64,000 nt of DNA from a candidate division WOR-3 bacterium (GTDB lineage: Bacteria > Hydrothermota > Hydrothermia > Hydrothermales > JAJRUZ01), in NCBI GenBank assembly GCA_039804025.1, contig JBDRZP010000002.1, positions 4,704 through 68,703 on the forward strand, in the 5' to 3' direction. Below, piece after piece: positions 26,892 through 36,674 of the stretch (within the stretch, counting starts at the first letter, position 1; every line of letters begins with the position of its first letter). The notes under the pieces were generated by a model that was not told the DNA's origin, ran no database searches, and saw only the letters and a list, made by a program, of their open reading frames with translations. A program made the translations under genes and the position numbers.

Positions 26892-27841
26892 AAAAATTTA
26901 TATTTTTAATTTTATTAATATCCTGTACAGATAATTTTATAATTTTCAAAGGTGAATTTAATAATCTTGTTTTGTCGGCAGGTTCTTTAAAAAATGCTAA
27001 AAAATTTTTAAAAAAAAACCTTGAAATTATACAATTTACTCCAAGAGAGGAAAAAATAATAGAGATCTTAGATATTGATTCTCTTGAAAAGGAGGAAAGA
27101 TTTCTTTATCGCTATTACATCATAATCTCTACCCCAAACTCAAAAAATTTTGATTTATTTAAAAGCATATTCGGTGAAGTTAAAAGAAGTGGAATTTATA
27201 TAAAGGAAAACCCTTTTTTGAACGGTTCATCGGCATTGGGTATATATGGACAGAAAGAAGAGGAAATTTTGAAAATTATATCAGAAAAAAGGGACACAAT
27301 TTTCAATATATTTTATAACAAAATGTTAAAAAACTTAAGAGAACTCTCTTATTTTCCTGGCAAAAGAAAAGACCTTTCTGAAAAAATTTTTGAAAAAACA
27401 GGAATTAAAATAGAAGTTCCAGTTGGTTTCAACATATTTAAGGAAGGAGAAAATTTCATAATTATAAATGCCCATTATCCTGATAGATTTATTTTGTTCT
27501 GGAAAATAAATAAAAAAATAAATCTTTTACCTGAAAGGATTATGAGATTAAGGGATAGTTTTGCTAAAGACGTTTATGCTGGTGATAGTGTCATAAGAAA
27601 ATTTGTTAATTATAAGTATAAAAATATAAATGGTAAAAGGGCAATATATTTATACGGTGCATGGGGAAATCTTAATCTAAAAGTTGGTGGAGGATTTGAA
27701 TCCCTTGTATTTGAAAAAGATGGAAATACAATTTTTATTGATATTGGTGTTCATGAGCCAAGAAAATGGAAATTGAAATATTTAAAAATGATGGAATCCT
27801 GGGCTTTTTATCCAGATCTTGAAAATGGAAAGAATAATTGA
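26888..27841 (+). CDS. Hypothetical lipoprotein
   Basis: Lipobox-like N-terminus MKKFIFLILLISCTDNF (Cys19). No recognisable catalytic motifs. Confidence 0.4.
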   Translation: MKKFIFLILLISCTDNFIIFKGEFNNLVLSAGSLKNAKKFLKKNLEIIQFTPREEKIIEILDIDSLEKEERFLYRYYIIISTPNSKNFDLFKSIFGEVKRSGIYIKENPFLNGSSALGIYGQKEEEILKIISEKRDTIFNIFYNKMLKNLRELSYFPGKRKDLSEKIFEKTGIKIEVPVGFNIFKEGENFIIINAHYPDRFILFWKINKKINLLPERIMRLRDSFAKDVYAGDSVIRKFVNYKYKNINGKRAIYLYGAWGNLNLKVGGGFESLVFEKDGNTIFIDIGVHEPRKWKLKYLKMMESWAFYPDLENGKNN

Positions 27842-28826
27842 ATTTCTTCTCAATCCATTAAATTATGAGGAAAAACCTGAAAAAATAGAGAGAATTGAAA
27901 CTCATATATCAATTGTTTTTTTATCTGATAAATATGCCTATAAGTTAAAAAAACCAGTTAATTTTGGCTTTCTTGATTACACAAGTCTTGAAAAAAGAAA
28001 ATATTTTTGTGAAAGGGAAGTAGAACTGAATAGAAGAATGGCTGAAGGTATCTATGAGGGAGTTATTTTTATAGGTGAGGAAATGGGCAAATTATTTTTC
28101 AATAAAGGAAAACCAGTTGAATATCTTGTAAGAATGAAAAGGATCCCTGAAGATACACTTTTATCATATATTATAGAAAAAAATTTAGCAAAAGAAGAGG
28201 ATTTATATAAAGTAGGAGAATTTCTCGGAGAATTTCATTTAAAAGCAGAAACAAATGAAAAAATAAGTAAATTCGGGAAACCAGAGGTATTCAGGATTAA
28301 CACCGATGAAAATTTTACTCAAACAGAAGATTTTGAAGAGGATATTTTAAAGAAAAAAGATTTTGAGTTTTTAAAAAATAAAACAGAAGAATTTTACAGA
28401 AAATATTATGATTTAATGTTAAAAAGAGTAAGAGAAGGTAAAATAAAGGATTGTCATGGTGATATAAGGCTTGAACATGTCACTTTTTTTGAAAATAAAA
28501 TAAGAATAATAGATTGTATTGAATTTAACGAAAGATTTAGATTCGGTGATATTTTACTTGATGCAGTTTTTTTAAAAATGGAACTTGATATAATGGGAAA
28601 GGAAAAACTCGGTGATTGTTTTATAAAAGGGTGGTTAAATAAAACGGGTGAGAACTTTGAAGAAATTAAACCACTTTATTATTTTTATTTATCTTACAGA
28701 GCATATGTTAGAGGAAAAGTAACAGGTTTTCTTTTAAGAGATAAAAATATAAAAGGGAAGGAAAAAATAAAGGAAAGAGCTAAAAAATTTTTTATGATGG
28801 CTAAAAGTTATATGGAAAAAATTTAA
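27819..28826 (+). CDS. Kinase-like (APH/phosphotransferase-fold) protein, COG2187-like
   Basis: N-terminus ETHISIVFLSDKYAYKLKKPVNFGFLDYTSLEKRKYFCEREVELNRR. Catalytic-loop-like CHGDIRLEHV and a downstream IIDCIEF (DxD-like) motif. Confidence 0.4.
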   Translation: MKMERIIEFLLNPLNYEEKPEKIERIETHISIVFLSDKYAYKLKKPVNFGFLDYTSLEKRKYFCEREVELNRRMAEGIYEGVIFIGEEMGKLFFNKGKPVEYLVRMKRIPEDTLLSYIIEKNLAKEEDLYKVGEFLGEFHLKAETNEKISKFGKPEVFRINTDENFTQTEDFEEDILKKKDFEFLKNKTEEFYRKYYDLMLKRVREGKIKDCHGDIRLEHVTFFENKIRIIDCIEFNERFRFGDILLDAVFLKMELDIMGKEKLGDCFIKGWLNKTGENFEEIKPLYYFYLSYRAYVRGKVTGFLLRDKNIKGKEKIKERAKKFFMMAKSYMEKI

Positions 28827-29452
28827 AAAAGTTCTTTTAAAAAGGGATTTTCTAGTTTTTCTTTCTCAATATCGGTTTTAGGTCCATGCCCAGGGTAAAG
28901 TTCATAATTTGGAGGGAAGTTATTAATTAAATATAAAAGGGAATTTTTCATGTCTTTCCATGAGCTTTCAGGAAAATCTGTTCTACCTATACTTCCTGAG
29001 AAAATTAAATCTCCACAAAAAATCTTTTCATCTATTTCATAAAGAAGATGACCCATTGTGTGTCCGGGCACATGATGAACCTTAATTTTTATTTCTCCTA
29101 TATTAATTTCCTCACCACCCTTGAGTAAAAAATCAGGTTTTTTAAACTCTCCAGGGTCAAAACCTAAAAAATTTTTTGTAAAATCTCTTGCAGAATTATA
29201 AAGATTTAAATCCTTTTCAGGAATATAAACTGGAATTGAATCAATACATTCTATCATAGGAATACCAAGAACATGGTCAAAATGGGAATGGGTAACAAAA
29301 ACTGCCTTCAAATTTAAATTCCTTTTTGTAAGAATTTCTTTGATATTTTTATAACTTCCACCTGGATCAATGATAATTGCATTCTTCTTTTGATCAAAAA
29401 CAATATAGGTATTTACATAAAGAGGAGGATAAATTACTTTTTCTAAATTAAT
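28823..29452 (-). CDS. MBL-fold hydrolase (glyoxalase II/GloB-like); N-terminus extends beyond the listed ORF and has no canonical start codon
   Basis: HxHxDH motif (THSHFDHVLG) and later HVPGHTMGH. The frame upstream of the tool's TTG start encodes conserved N-terminal strands ...IYPPLYVNTYIVFDQKKNAIIIDPGG..., similar to GloB IPAFDDNYIWVL...VDPG. See findings. Confidence 0.6.
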   Translation of the reverse strand: MNLEKVIYPPLYVNTYIVFDQKKNAIIIDPGGSYKNIKEILTKRNLNLKAVFVTHSHFDHVLGIPMIECIDSIPVYIPEKDLNLYNSARDFTKNFLGFDPGEFKKPDFLLKGGEEINIGEIKIKVHHVPGHTMGHLLYEIDEKIFCGDLIFSGSIGRTDFPESSWKDMKNSLLYLINNFPPNYELYPGHGPKTDIEKEKLENPFLKELF

Positions 29453-30911
29453 GTCTGAAATACCTTTCTTTTATAAAATAAAGGGAAATGTCATTTTCAT
29501 CTGCAGCCTTTACGATTTCTTCATCCCTTATTGAGCCTGAAGGAGCAACTATTGCAACAATTCCCTCTTCACTTGCTTTATCAATTGAATCCCGGAAAGG
29601 AAAAAAACCATCAGAGGCTAAAACTGCTTCGAAAGTAGTAAGTCCGAAGCTTTTCGCTTTTGAAAGGGCAATTTCAAGAGCCCTTATTCTTGAAGGTTGT
29701 CCTGAACCAATTCCAAGTGTTCTTTTTGCCTTAACAATGCAAACCGCATTAGATTTTACATATTTTACAACTTTTAAAGCAAAAAATAAATCCTCAAGTT
29801 CTGATTCCTTTGCTTCTCTTTTTGTCATAAGCTCCCATTCTGAAGGTGGTAAAGTTTTCTTCATTTTTTCCTGATAAAGTATCATATCAAAACAGGTTCT
29901 TAACTCATATTCAGGAACAAAAAATTTACTCGAGTCTATTACTCTTAAATTTTTTTTATTTTTAAACATGTCTAAAACTCCTTCTTCAAAAGAAGGAGCA
30001 ATTACAATTTCAAAAAAATGTGATAAAACTCTCTCAGCAGTGATCTTATCAATTTTTTTATTAAAAGCTAAAATTCCACCAAAAGAAGATTCAGGATCAG
30101 AAAGATAAGCCCTTTCAAAAGCTTCATCAAGGGTTTCACCTGAGGCACAAGCACAGGGAGAAGTATGTTTTACAATCACACAGGTAGGTTCATCAAATTC
30201 ACTTACACATAAAAAAGCAGTCTCAATATCAAGAAGGTTATTGTAAGAAAGTTTTTTACCCTGAAGGGGCTCTATAAAATCAATTCCATAAACAAAACCC
30301 TTTTGCTGAGGATTTTCCCCATATCTTAAATCAAAAACTTTTTTACCACTTAGTGTTAAATATAAAGGCTCACCACCTGCTTTTTTTCTGAAAAAATGAG
30401 AAATTACAGAATCATAAAAGGTAACATATTCAAAGGCTTTTGCTGCAAAATAAAATCTTTCTTTTTCCTTTAAACCTTTTTCATAACACTCAATAAAAAA
30501 TTCATAGTCAAGGGGATCAACAAGTGGTATAACCCTCATAATATTTTTACATGCAGCTCTTATTAAACTAACTCCACCTATATCTATAAACTCATAAATT
30601 TCCTCACCTTCCTTTCCTTCTTTAATTTTTTCATGAAAGGGATAAAGATTAACTATTACTACATCAAAAACATCTCCTTCCTTTGAGAGTATCTTTTCAT
30701 AAATAGTTGGATGAAGTGTTTTAATTCTTCCCTGAGCCAGACCCTCTGATTCAATCCCCAGATCGATAAGACCCTTAACTTTTATATTCTTTTTTTCAAG
30801 ATATTCCTTCGTTCCTGAGGTAGCATAAATTTCAAAATCTTTTTTTAGCAAATAATCTGATAGAATTTCAATTTTTGTTTTATCAAAAACTGAAATGAGT
30901 GCTTTTTTCAT
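29448..30911 (-). CDS. purH: Bifunctional AICAR transformylase / IMP cyclohydrolase
   Basis: 487 aa. MGS-like N-terminus MKKALISVFDKTKI...YATSGT and the conserved C-terminal ...YFRH. Confidence 0.9.
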   Translation of the reverse strand: MKKALISVFDKTKIEILSDYLLKKDFEIYATSGTKEYLEKKNIKVKGLIDLGIESEGLAQGRIKTLHPTIYEKILSKEGDVFDVVIVNLYPFHEKIKEGKEGEEIYEFIDIGGVSLIRAACKNIMRVIPLVDPLDYEFFIECYEKGLKEKERFYFAAKAFEYVTFYDSVISHFFRKKAGGEPLYLTLSGKKVFDLRYGENPQQKGFVYGIDFIEPLQGKKLSYNNLLDIETAFLCVSEFDEPTCVIVKHTSPCACASGETLDEAFERAYLSDPESSFGGILAFNKKIDKITAERVLSHFFEIVIAPSFEEGVLDMFKNKKNLRVIDSSKFFVPEYELRTCFDMILYQEKMKKTLPPSEWELMTKREAKESELEDLFFALKVVKYVKSNAVCIVKAKRTLGIGSGQPSRIRALEIALSKAKSFGLTTFEAVLASDGFFPFRDSIDKASEEGIVAIVAPSGSIRDEEIVKAADENDISLYFIKERYFRH

Positions 30912-30933
30912 AAATTAAATTATAAAATAAAGA

Positions 30934-32997
30934 ATGGAAAAATTAAAAGAAAAAATTTTAAATTACCTTCAAAGAAAAAACAAAAAAGAAGTAAAATTAA
31001 AAAAATTAATTAAAATTTTGCACTTACAAAAAGAAAATAAAAATAAGATAATTGAAATTTTAAAAGAATTAGAAAAAGAAGGCACTCTCAAACTTATAGA
31101 AAATAAAAAAATAATATTCACTCAAAATAAAATTATTGAAGGAAAAATAGAGGTAAAACAAGGGGGGTTTGGATTTTTAATTGTCGATAAGGGAAAGGAT
31201 ATATTTATACCCAAGAGATTTTTAAAAGGTGCAAGAGATGGTGATTATGTTAAGGTAGTTATAACTAAATTTAAAGAAAGAGGACCTGAAGGAAAAGTTT
31301 TAGAAATTATAAAAAAATCTTTAAGAAGATTTTCTGGAACCTTATGGAAAAGATACAGGGATAATTTCATTGAACCAGATCAAGATTTTCTTCCAAAGAA
31401 AATATACCCCCTTGAGAGTTTAGAAGAAATTCCGTCAGGAAATAAAGTGGGATTTATACTTATAAACGGGAATAAAGCCAAAGGTATAAAAAATCTCGGT
31501 AATCCTGAAGACCCAGAAACCCCCTTTAATCTTATAAAATATATTTATAATCTTCCCGAGGACTATAAGGAAAAATATTTTGATGAAGAGGTTTTAAAAA
31601 GAAAAATTAAAGAGGAAAAAAAAAGAAGGAAAGATTTAAGGAATTTAGTAACCTTTACAATTGACCCTTATAATGCAAAGGATTTTGATGATGCTATAAG
31701 TGCCTTTAAAAATAAAGATGGATATGATTTATTTGTCCATATAGCAGATGTTTCCTATTTTGTTCCACTGAATTCAAAAATTTTCAGAGAAGCTTACACA
31801 AGGGGAACAAGTTACTATCTTTTAGATAAAGTTATCCATATGTTACCAAAAGAATTATCTGAAAAGTTCTGTTCTCTTCAGCCAAGTAAAATCCGTCTTG
31901 CTAAAACAGTTCACATTATCCTTGATTTTAGAGGTAATGTAAAAAAATTTGAAATTTATAACTCAATTATAAAATCAAATAAGAGACTTAATTATGAAGA
32001 GGCACAGGATATAATTGATGGTAAAATTAAAATTAAGGAAAAAGAAATCTATAATTCTCTAAAAATAGCAGAGGAAATTTCAAAAATTTTAAAGGAAAAA
32101 AGAAGGAAAAGGTTTTCCCTTGATTTTGATTTACCTGAACCAGAAATACTTTTCACAGACGAAGGAAAGGTTAAACTTATTCAACTTGAAAAAGCAGTAT
32201 TTACTCATTCCCTTATAGAAGAATGTATGATACTTGCAAACAGGATGATTGCAAAATTTTTTGCTAAAAAGAATTTACCTTTTATTTACAGAATCCATGA
32301 AGAACCAGATAAGAAAAAACTTGAAGAACTTAAAAAAATTTTATTAAAACTTTTAAAAGAAGAAAAACTTAAAAAAATTCTATTAAAAGATGAATTAACT
32401 TCCCGTGATTTATTTGAAATAATTGAGGGTGTCAAAGGTAAAAGGGAAGAATTGATAGTTATAAAAAGTATCCTTAAAGCAATGAAACAGGCAAAGTATT
32501 CTGTGGAAAATAAAGGTCATTATGGACTTAAATTAAACTTTTATACTCACTTTACTTCACCAATAAGAAGATTAGCAGATTTAACAGTTCATAACCTTTT
32601 AAATTTTGTTATGGAAAACAAAATGAATAAATATCCTGATGAAGATGAATTAAGGGACATAGCTGAAAAGGCATCAGAAACAGAAAGAACAGCACAAAAA
32701 GCTGAATGGGATATTGTTGATATGAAAATTCTTGAACATCTTAAAGAAAGAATAGGTGAAAGAGGAGAAGGTTTTGTAACAAATATAAAAAGTGATGGAT
32801 TTTTTGTATATGTTCCTGAATTTTACTTTGAAGGATTTGTAAGTAAGGATTCCTTACCTTTTAAAACAATTTTTAATATTGAAGAAAAAAGAATCTATCT
32901 TAAAAACAGAAAAATAATTGATATTGGTGACAATGTAAATGTTTTTATTAATAGAGTTGATATTTATGGAAAAAAACTTATATTAAATCTTGCTTGA
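30934..32997 (+). CDS. rnr: Ribonuclease R (RNase II/R family)
   Basis: N-terminal HTH/CSD region (GGFGFLIVDKGKDIFIP...ARDGDYV). RNB catalytic motif HYGLKLNFYTHFTSPIRRLADLTVHN. C-terminal S1-like region. Confidence 0.85.
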   Translation: MEKLKEKILNYLQRKNKKEVKLKKLIKILHLQKENKNKIIEILKELEKEGTLKLIENKKIIFTQNKIIEGKIEVKQGGFGFLIVDKGKDIFIPKRFLKGARDGDYVKVVITKFKERGPEGKVLEIIKKSLRRFSGTLWKRYRDNFIEPDQDFLPKKIYPLESLEEIPSGNKVGFILINGNKAKGIKNLGNPEDPETPFNLIKYIYNLPEDYKEKYFDEEVLKRKIKEEKKRRKDLRNLVTFTIDPYNAKDFDDAISAFKNKDGYDLFVHIADVSYFVPLNSKIFREAYTRGTSYYLLDKVIHMLPKELSEKFCSLQPSKIRLAKTVHIILDFRGNVKKFEIYNSIIKSNKRLNYEEAQDIIDGKIKIKEKEIYNSLKIAEEISKILKEKRRKRFSLDFDLPEPEILFTDEGKVKLIQLEKAVFTHSLIEECMILANRMIAKFFAKKNLPFIYRIHEEPDKKKLEELKKILLKLLKEEKLKKILLKDELTSRDLFEIIEGVKGKREELIVIKSILKAMKQAKYSVENKGHYGLKLNFYTHFTSPIRRLADLTVHNLLNFVMENKMNKYPDEDELRDIAEKASETERTAQKAEWDIVDMKILEHLKERIGERGEGFVTNIKSDGFFVYVPEFYFEGFVSKDSLPFKTIFNIEEKRIYLKNRKIIDIGDNVNVFINRVDIYGKKLILNLA

Positions 32998-33022
32998 AAA
33001 ATTTTAAAAAAGATTTTATATA
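32994..33022 (+). promoter_or_regulatory. Sigma70-like promoter upstream of hsp20
   Basis: TTGAAA (32994-32999), 17-nt spacer, TATATA (33017-33022). RBS AAAGGGGGG precedes the hsp20 ATG. No CIRCE element was seen. Confidence 0.35.
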
Positions 33023-33082
33023 TAAAATACCTCTCTTTAAAGGGTTCAATTCCCAAAGGGAGGTAAATAAAAGGGGGGAAAT

Positions 33083-33532
33083 ATGAAGGAAATTATAAAA
33101 TGGGATCCCTTTAAAGAAATTTCTTCCTTAAGGGAAGAAATTGACAAACTATTTGATTCGTTCTTTGGCAGGAGAAGTTTTCTTTTCGGTGAAACAGAAA
33201 CTTTCGTTCCTGCTTGTGATCTTGAGGAAACAGAAGAATCCTTTATAGTTACTGCTGAACTTCCAGGAATGAAAAAAGATGAAATAAAGGTTACAGTTGA
33301 TGAGGATGGTATTACAATTTCTGGTGAAAGAAAAAGAGAAAAAGAGGAAAAAGGAAAAACCTATCATAGAATTGAAAGAAGTTACGGGAAATTCCAGAGA
33401 TATATACCTTTTCCCAAAGAAGTTCAGCCTGAAAAAGCAAAAGCTTCTTATAAAGATGGGATTTTAAGAATTGAAATACCAAAGAGTGAAAAGGTAAAAC
33501 CAAAAGAAATAAAGATTGAAATAGAAGAGTGA
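33083..33532 (+). CDS. Small heat-shock protein (Hsp20/alpha-crystallin family)
   Basis: 149 aa. ACD motifs FVPACDLEETEESFIVTAELPGMKKDEIKVTV, ISGERK and GILRIEIPK. Confidence 0.85.
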   Translation: MKEIIKWDPFKEISSLREEIDKLFDSFFGRRSFLFGETETFVPACDLEETEESFIVTAELPGMKKDEIKVTVDEDGITISGERKREKEEKGKTYHRIERSYGKFQRYIPFPKEVQPEKAKASYKDGILRIEIPKSEKVKPKEIKIEIEE

Positions 33533-33557
33533 ATCGAACCTTTTTAAGGAAAGATTT

Positions 33558-33586
33558 CCCCGGGGTAATTCCCCGGGGATTTTTTT
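33558..33586 (+). terminator. Rho-independent terminator after hsp20
   Basis: Perfect 8-bp palindromic stem CCCCGGGG, loop TAATT, second arm CCCCGGGG, then ATTTTTTT. Confidence 0.65.
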
Positions 33587-33594
33587 AATATAAA

Positions 33595-34287
33595 TTGAAT
33601 AAAAAACCTTTTATCGGTGTTACCCCTTCTTTTGATATTCAATCTAACAGATTTTACTTAAATATTAAATATACAAAAGCAATACAGGAAGCAGGGGGAA
33701 TTCCCCTAATTATTCCGTATACTGATTTTAAAAATGAAATAAAAACTCTTTTAGAAAAATTTGATGGATTTTTATTAACAGGTGGGGGAGATGTGCATCC
33801 TTTATATTACAGAGAGGAGCCTAAAAAAACAAGAGGAGTTGTTCCTGAAAGAGATATTCTTGAAATAGAAATTGTTAAAGCTTGTTTTTTAAATAAAAAA
33901 CCATTTTTTGCGATTTGCAGGGGCTCACAGGTAATGAATGTGGCAATGGGGGGTAATTTAATTCAACATATTAATTCAGAGATAGAACATGAGCAATCAG
34001 CAAGTCACAGTAAATTAACTCATACAATAATAATAGAGAAAGAAACGCTTTTATATGATATTTTTAAAAAAAGAGAGATAAGAGTAAACAGTTTTCATCA
34101 TCAAGCTGTGAATAAATTGGGAAAAGATTTAAAAATATCAGCAAGAGCAAAAGATGGAATTGTTGAAGCAATTGAAAGTGATAAACACCCCTTCTTTTTA
34201 GGAGTGCAATTTCACCCTGAACATCTATTTGAGGAAAACAAAATATTTTTAAAACTCTTTAAAAAATTTATAGATTCATGTAAATAA
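33595..34287 (+). CDS. Class I glutamine amidotransferase-like / peptidase C26 (gamma-glutamyl hydrolase, PuuD-like)
   Basis: FDGFLLTGGGDVHP. Catalytic Cys in PFFAICRGSQVMNVAMGG. His in FLGVQFHPEH. Apparent TTG start. Confidence 0.7.
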   Translation: MNKKPFIGVTPSFDIQSNRFYLNIKYTKAIQEAGGIPLIIPYTDFKNEIKTLLEKFDGFLLTGGGDVHPLYYREEPKKTRGVVPERDILEIEIVKACFLNKKPFFAICRGSQVMNVAMGGNLIQHINSEIEHEQSASHSKLTHTIIIEKETLLYDIFKKREIRVNSFHHQAVNKLGKDLKISARAKDGIVEAIESDKHPFFLGVQFHPEHLFEENKIFLKLFKKFIDSCK

Positions 34288-34296
34288 ATTTCATTT

Positions 34297-34662
34297 CTAA
34301 TCTTCTTCAGGAAACTTAAAATATTTTTTTATAATCTCTAATCTTTTCTCACCTAAACCATTTATTTCAAGAAGTTCCTCAGGCTTTTTAATCTTCCCCT
34401 TTTTATCCCTGAAATCTAAAATTTTTGCTGCAAGACGAGGTCCTATAGAAGGAAGATTTACAAGATCTTCAATTTCAGCAAGATTAAAATCAATTCTCTC
34501 AACTTTTGAATTTTCATTCTTATTTTTGTTTTGATAAAAAAATCTTTTACCTACATCACCCAAAAGAATAATAAAAATCAAAAAATAAATTACCTTTTTC
34601 TCAGAGTCTGAAGGATATAGGTAATAATAAAAAAAATCCTTTAATTTTTTTAACTTATCCAC
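34297..34662 (-). CDS. comEA: ComEA-like helix-hairpin-helix DNA-binding protein
   Basis: C-terminal tandem HhH motifs: [26 protein letters not shown]...[15 protein letters not shown]. The N-terminus has a membrane anchor. Confidence 0.65.
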   Translation of the reverse strand: MDKLKKLKDFFYYYLYPSDSEKKVIYFLIFIILLGDVGKRFFYQNKNKNENSKVERIDFNLAEIEDLVNLPSIGPRLAAKILDFRDKKGKIKKPEELLEINGLGEKRLEIIKKYFKFPEED

Positions 34663-35635
34663 CTTTCAACCACTTTACAACATCCCTCGCATGATAGGTC
34701 AAAATTATATCAGCCCCAGCCCTTTTGATTGAAGTCAAAATTTCAAGAACAACATCCCTTTCATTTATATAACCTTTCATTGAAGCAGCCTTCACCATAG
34801 CATATTCACCTGAAACATTATAGGCTGCAATTGGTCTATTAAATCTTTCTCTAATAGTTTTTATAACATCAAGATAGGCTAAGGCAGGTTTAACCATTAA
34901 AATATCTGCACCTTCTTCATAATCAAGCTCTGCTTCAAGTATTGCCTCTCTCAAATTTGCAGGATCCATCTGATAGGTCTTTCTATTACCAAACTGGGGA
35001 GCTGATTCAGCAGCCTCCCTGAAAGGTCCATAGAAACTTGATGCATACTTCACAGCATAGGAAAGAATAGGAGTATCTTTAAAACCACTCTCATCAAGAG
35101 CCTTTCTAATTGCCTTTACCATACCATCCATCATACCTGAAGGTGCTACAATATCAGCACCTGCAACAACCTGTGAAACTGCTATTTTTCCGAGATATTC
35201 GAGAGTCGTATCATTATCAACATCACCATTTTTAATGATTCCACAATGACCATGCGAAGTGTATTCACACATACAAAGATCAGTAATCAATATAATATCC
35301 TTTTCAAATTTTCTTATCTCCCTTAATGCCCTTTGAATTATACCATCATCAGAATATGAATCACTTCCCATTTCATCCTTTTTTTCTGGAATTCCGAACA
35401 GAATAACTGCCTTTATACCTTCTTCTTTTATTTTTTGAATTTCCTCACATAGAACATCAATTGAATATCTGTATTGACCTGGCATGGAAGATATTTCTTC
35501 TTTTTTCCCCTCCCCTTTAATTACAAAAAGTGGATAAACAAGATCATCTGGAGTTAAAACCGTTTCCCTTACAAGGTCCCTTAAAAATTCTTTTTTTCTC
35601 AATCTTCTCATTCTTATAAAAGGAAATTCCTTCAT
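34655..35635 (-). CDS. hemB: Porphobilinogen synthase (delta-aminolevulinate dehydratase)
   Basis: 326 aa. N-terminus [35 protein letters not shown]. Active-site region [14 protein letters not shown]. Conserved Lys in [11 protein letters not shown]. Confidence 0.9.
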   Translation of the reverse strand: MKEFPFIRMRRLRKKEFLRDLVRETVLTPDDLVYPLFVIKGEGKKEEISSMPGQYRYSIDVLCEEIQKIKEEGIKAVILFGIPEKKDEMGSDSYSDDGIIQRALREIRKFEKDIILITDLCMCEYTSHGHCGIIKNGDVDNDTTLEYLGKIAVSQVVAGADIVAPSGMMDGMVKAIRKALDESGFKDTPILSYAVKYASSFYGPFREAAESAPQFGNRKTYQMDPANLREAILEAELDYEEGADILMVKPALAYLDVIKTIRERFNRPIAAYNVSGEYAMVKAASMKGYINERDVVLEILTSIKRAGADIILTYHARDVVKWLKGG

Positions 35636-35639
35636 AATT

Positions 35640-36674
35640 TTAACTCCTTTTTAAAATTTCTTTTAAAAGATATTTACCTAAAAATTTTTGAGGAGCAAAA
35701 TTCACTTTAAAACCTTTTTTTTCAATATGACTCTTTGTTACTCTTCCTATTGCCAAAATTTCTTTATTTTCTAAAAATTTTTTATTTTTAAAAATCTGAA
35801 TAAATGTATCAAAAAGTTTAGGACTTGTGAAAATAAAATGTGTAGCCATATCTAAATACATTTCAAAAATTTTTAATCTTTCTATTTTTTCCTTTACCAT
35901 ATCATAAATTTTAACCTCTTCAACATAATTTTTGTTATTTAAAAGAAAATTTTTTAAATCCTCTCTACCCTCGGTTTTCAACATTAAAATTCTTCTATAT
36001 TTTTCTTCTTTTAAAATTTCCATTATACCTTCCTGGGAAAATTCCTTAGGTAAAATTGCATCTAAACCAACTTCCTCCAAATTCTTTTTTGTTTCAGGTC
36101 CAATTGCTATTATTTTCTTATCAATCAAAAGTTCCCTTAACAAAAAAACATCTTTTATATTTTCTCTTAAAGCATCTATTCCCCTTTTGGAAGTAAAAAT
36201 CACATAATCCCATTTATCCTTTAAAATTTCCTTTAAATTTTTAACTTTTATAACTTTAAATTTTAAAACAGGAAAGGGAAAGGATTTCAAACCTGATTTT
36301 TCAAGCTCATTAGCAAAATAAAGAGCTTCAGGCATTGGCCTTACAACACAGAATATATTTTTCCCGAAATTCTTATCCCTTACATAATAACTTAATTTTA
36401 ATAAATTATTAAAATTAAATTTACTTAAGATATTTTTCAAACCCTTCAAACCATCAAGAATAAAAAGTGAATTCTTTTTATTTAAATTTACTTGAATTTT
36501 TTCCCATTTGGAAAAGGGTGAAGCCCATAATATAAAAGGTGGTTTTTTTTCCTCATAATAAATATTCTTATAGTTCTTTAAAAATTGCCATATTTCAGGA
36601 AAAAGAGTAAAGGTATTTGTATTCAAAACTAAAAGGGTGCTATGAGAAGATTTTTTCATAAACCTTTTTAACAA
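35640..36674 (-). CDS. hemD: Uroporphyrinogen-III synthase (HemD) with an N-terminal extension of about 95 aa
   Basis: Residues from about 95 to the end resemble HemD (VVRPMPEA..., [12 protein letters not shown]..., [12 protein letters not shown]). It lies between hemC and hemB. The 35-nt overlap with the hemC stop suggests the real start may be further downstream. Confidence 0.5.
   Translation of the reverse strand: MLKRFMKKSSHSTLLVLNTNTFTLFPEIWQFLKNYKNIYYEEKKPPFILWASPFSKWEKIQVNLNKKNSLFILDGLKGLKNILSKFNFNNLLKLSYYVRDKNFGKNIFCVVRPMPEALYFANELEKSGLKSFPFPVLKFKVIKVKNLKEILKDKWDYVIFTSKRGIDALRENIKDVFLLRELLIDKKIIAIGPETKKNLEEVGLDAILPKEFSQEGIMEILKEEKYRRILMLKTEGREDLKNFLLNNKNYVEEVKIYDMVKEKIERLKIFEMYLDMATHFIFTSPKLFDTFIQIFKNKKFLENKEILAIGRVTKSHIEKKGFKVNFAPQKFLGKYLLKEILKRS

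Noticed and set aside
29430-29475. Possibility that the MBL gene is fused to purH by a frameshift
   Set aside because: purH ends with the conserved family C-terminus ...YFRH followed by TAA, so it is complete. The MBL frame is +1 relative to purH, and its own conserved N-terminus starts after the purH stop region.
33530-33545. GAATCGAACC, the reverse complement of a tRNA T-arm-like GGTTCGATTC, near the hsp20 3' end
   Set aside because: No complementary acceptor, D or anticodon stems are nearby. It sits within the hsp20 coding sequence and terminator, so it is a chance match.
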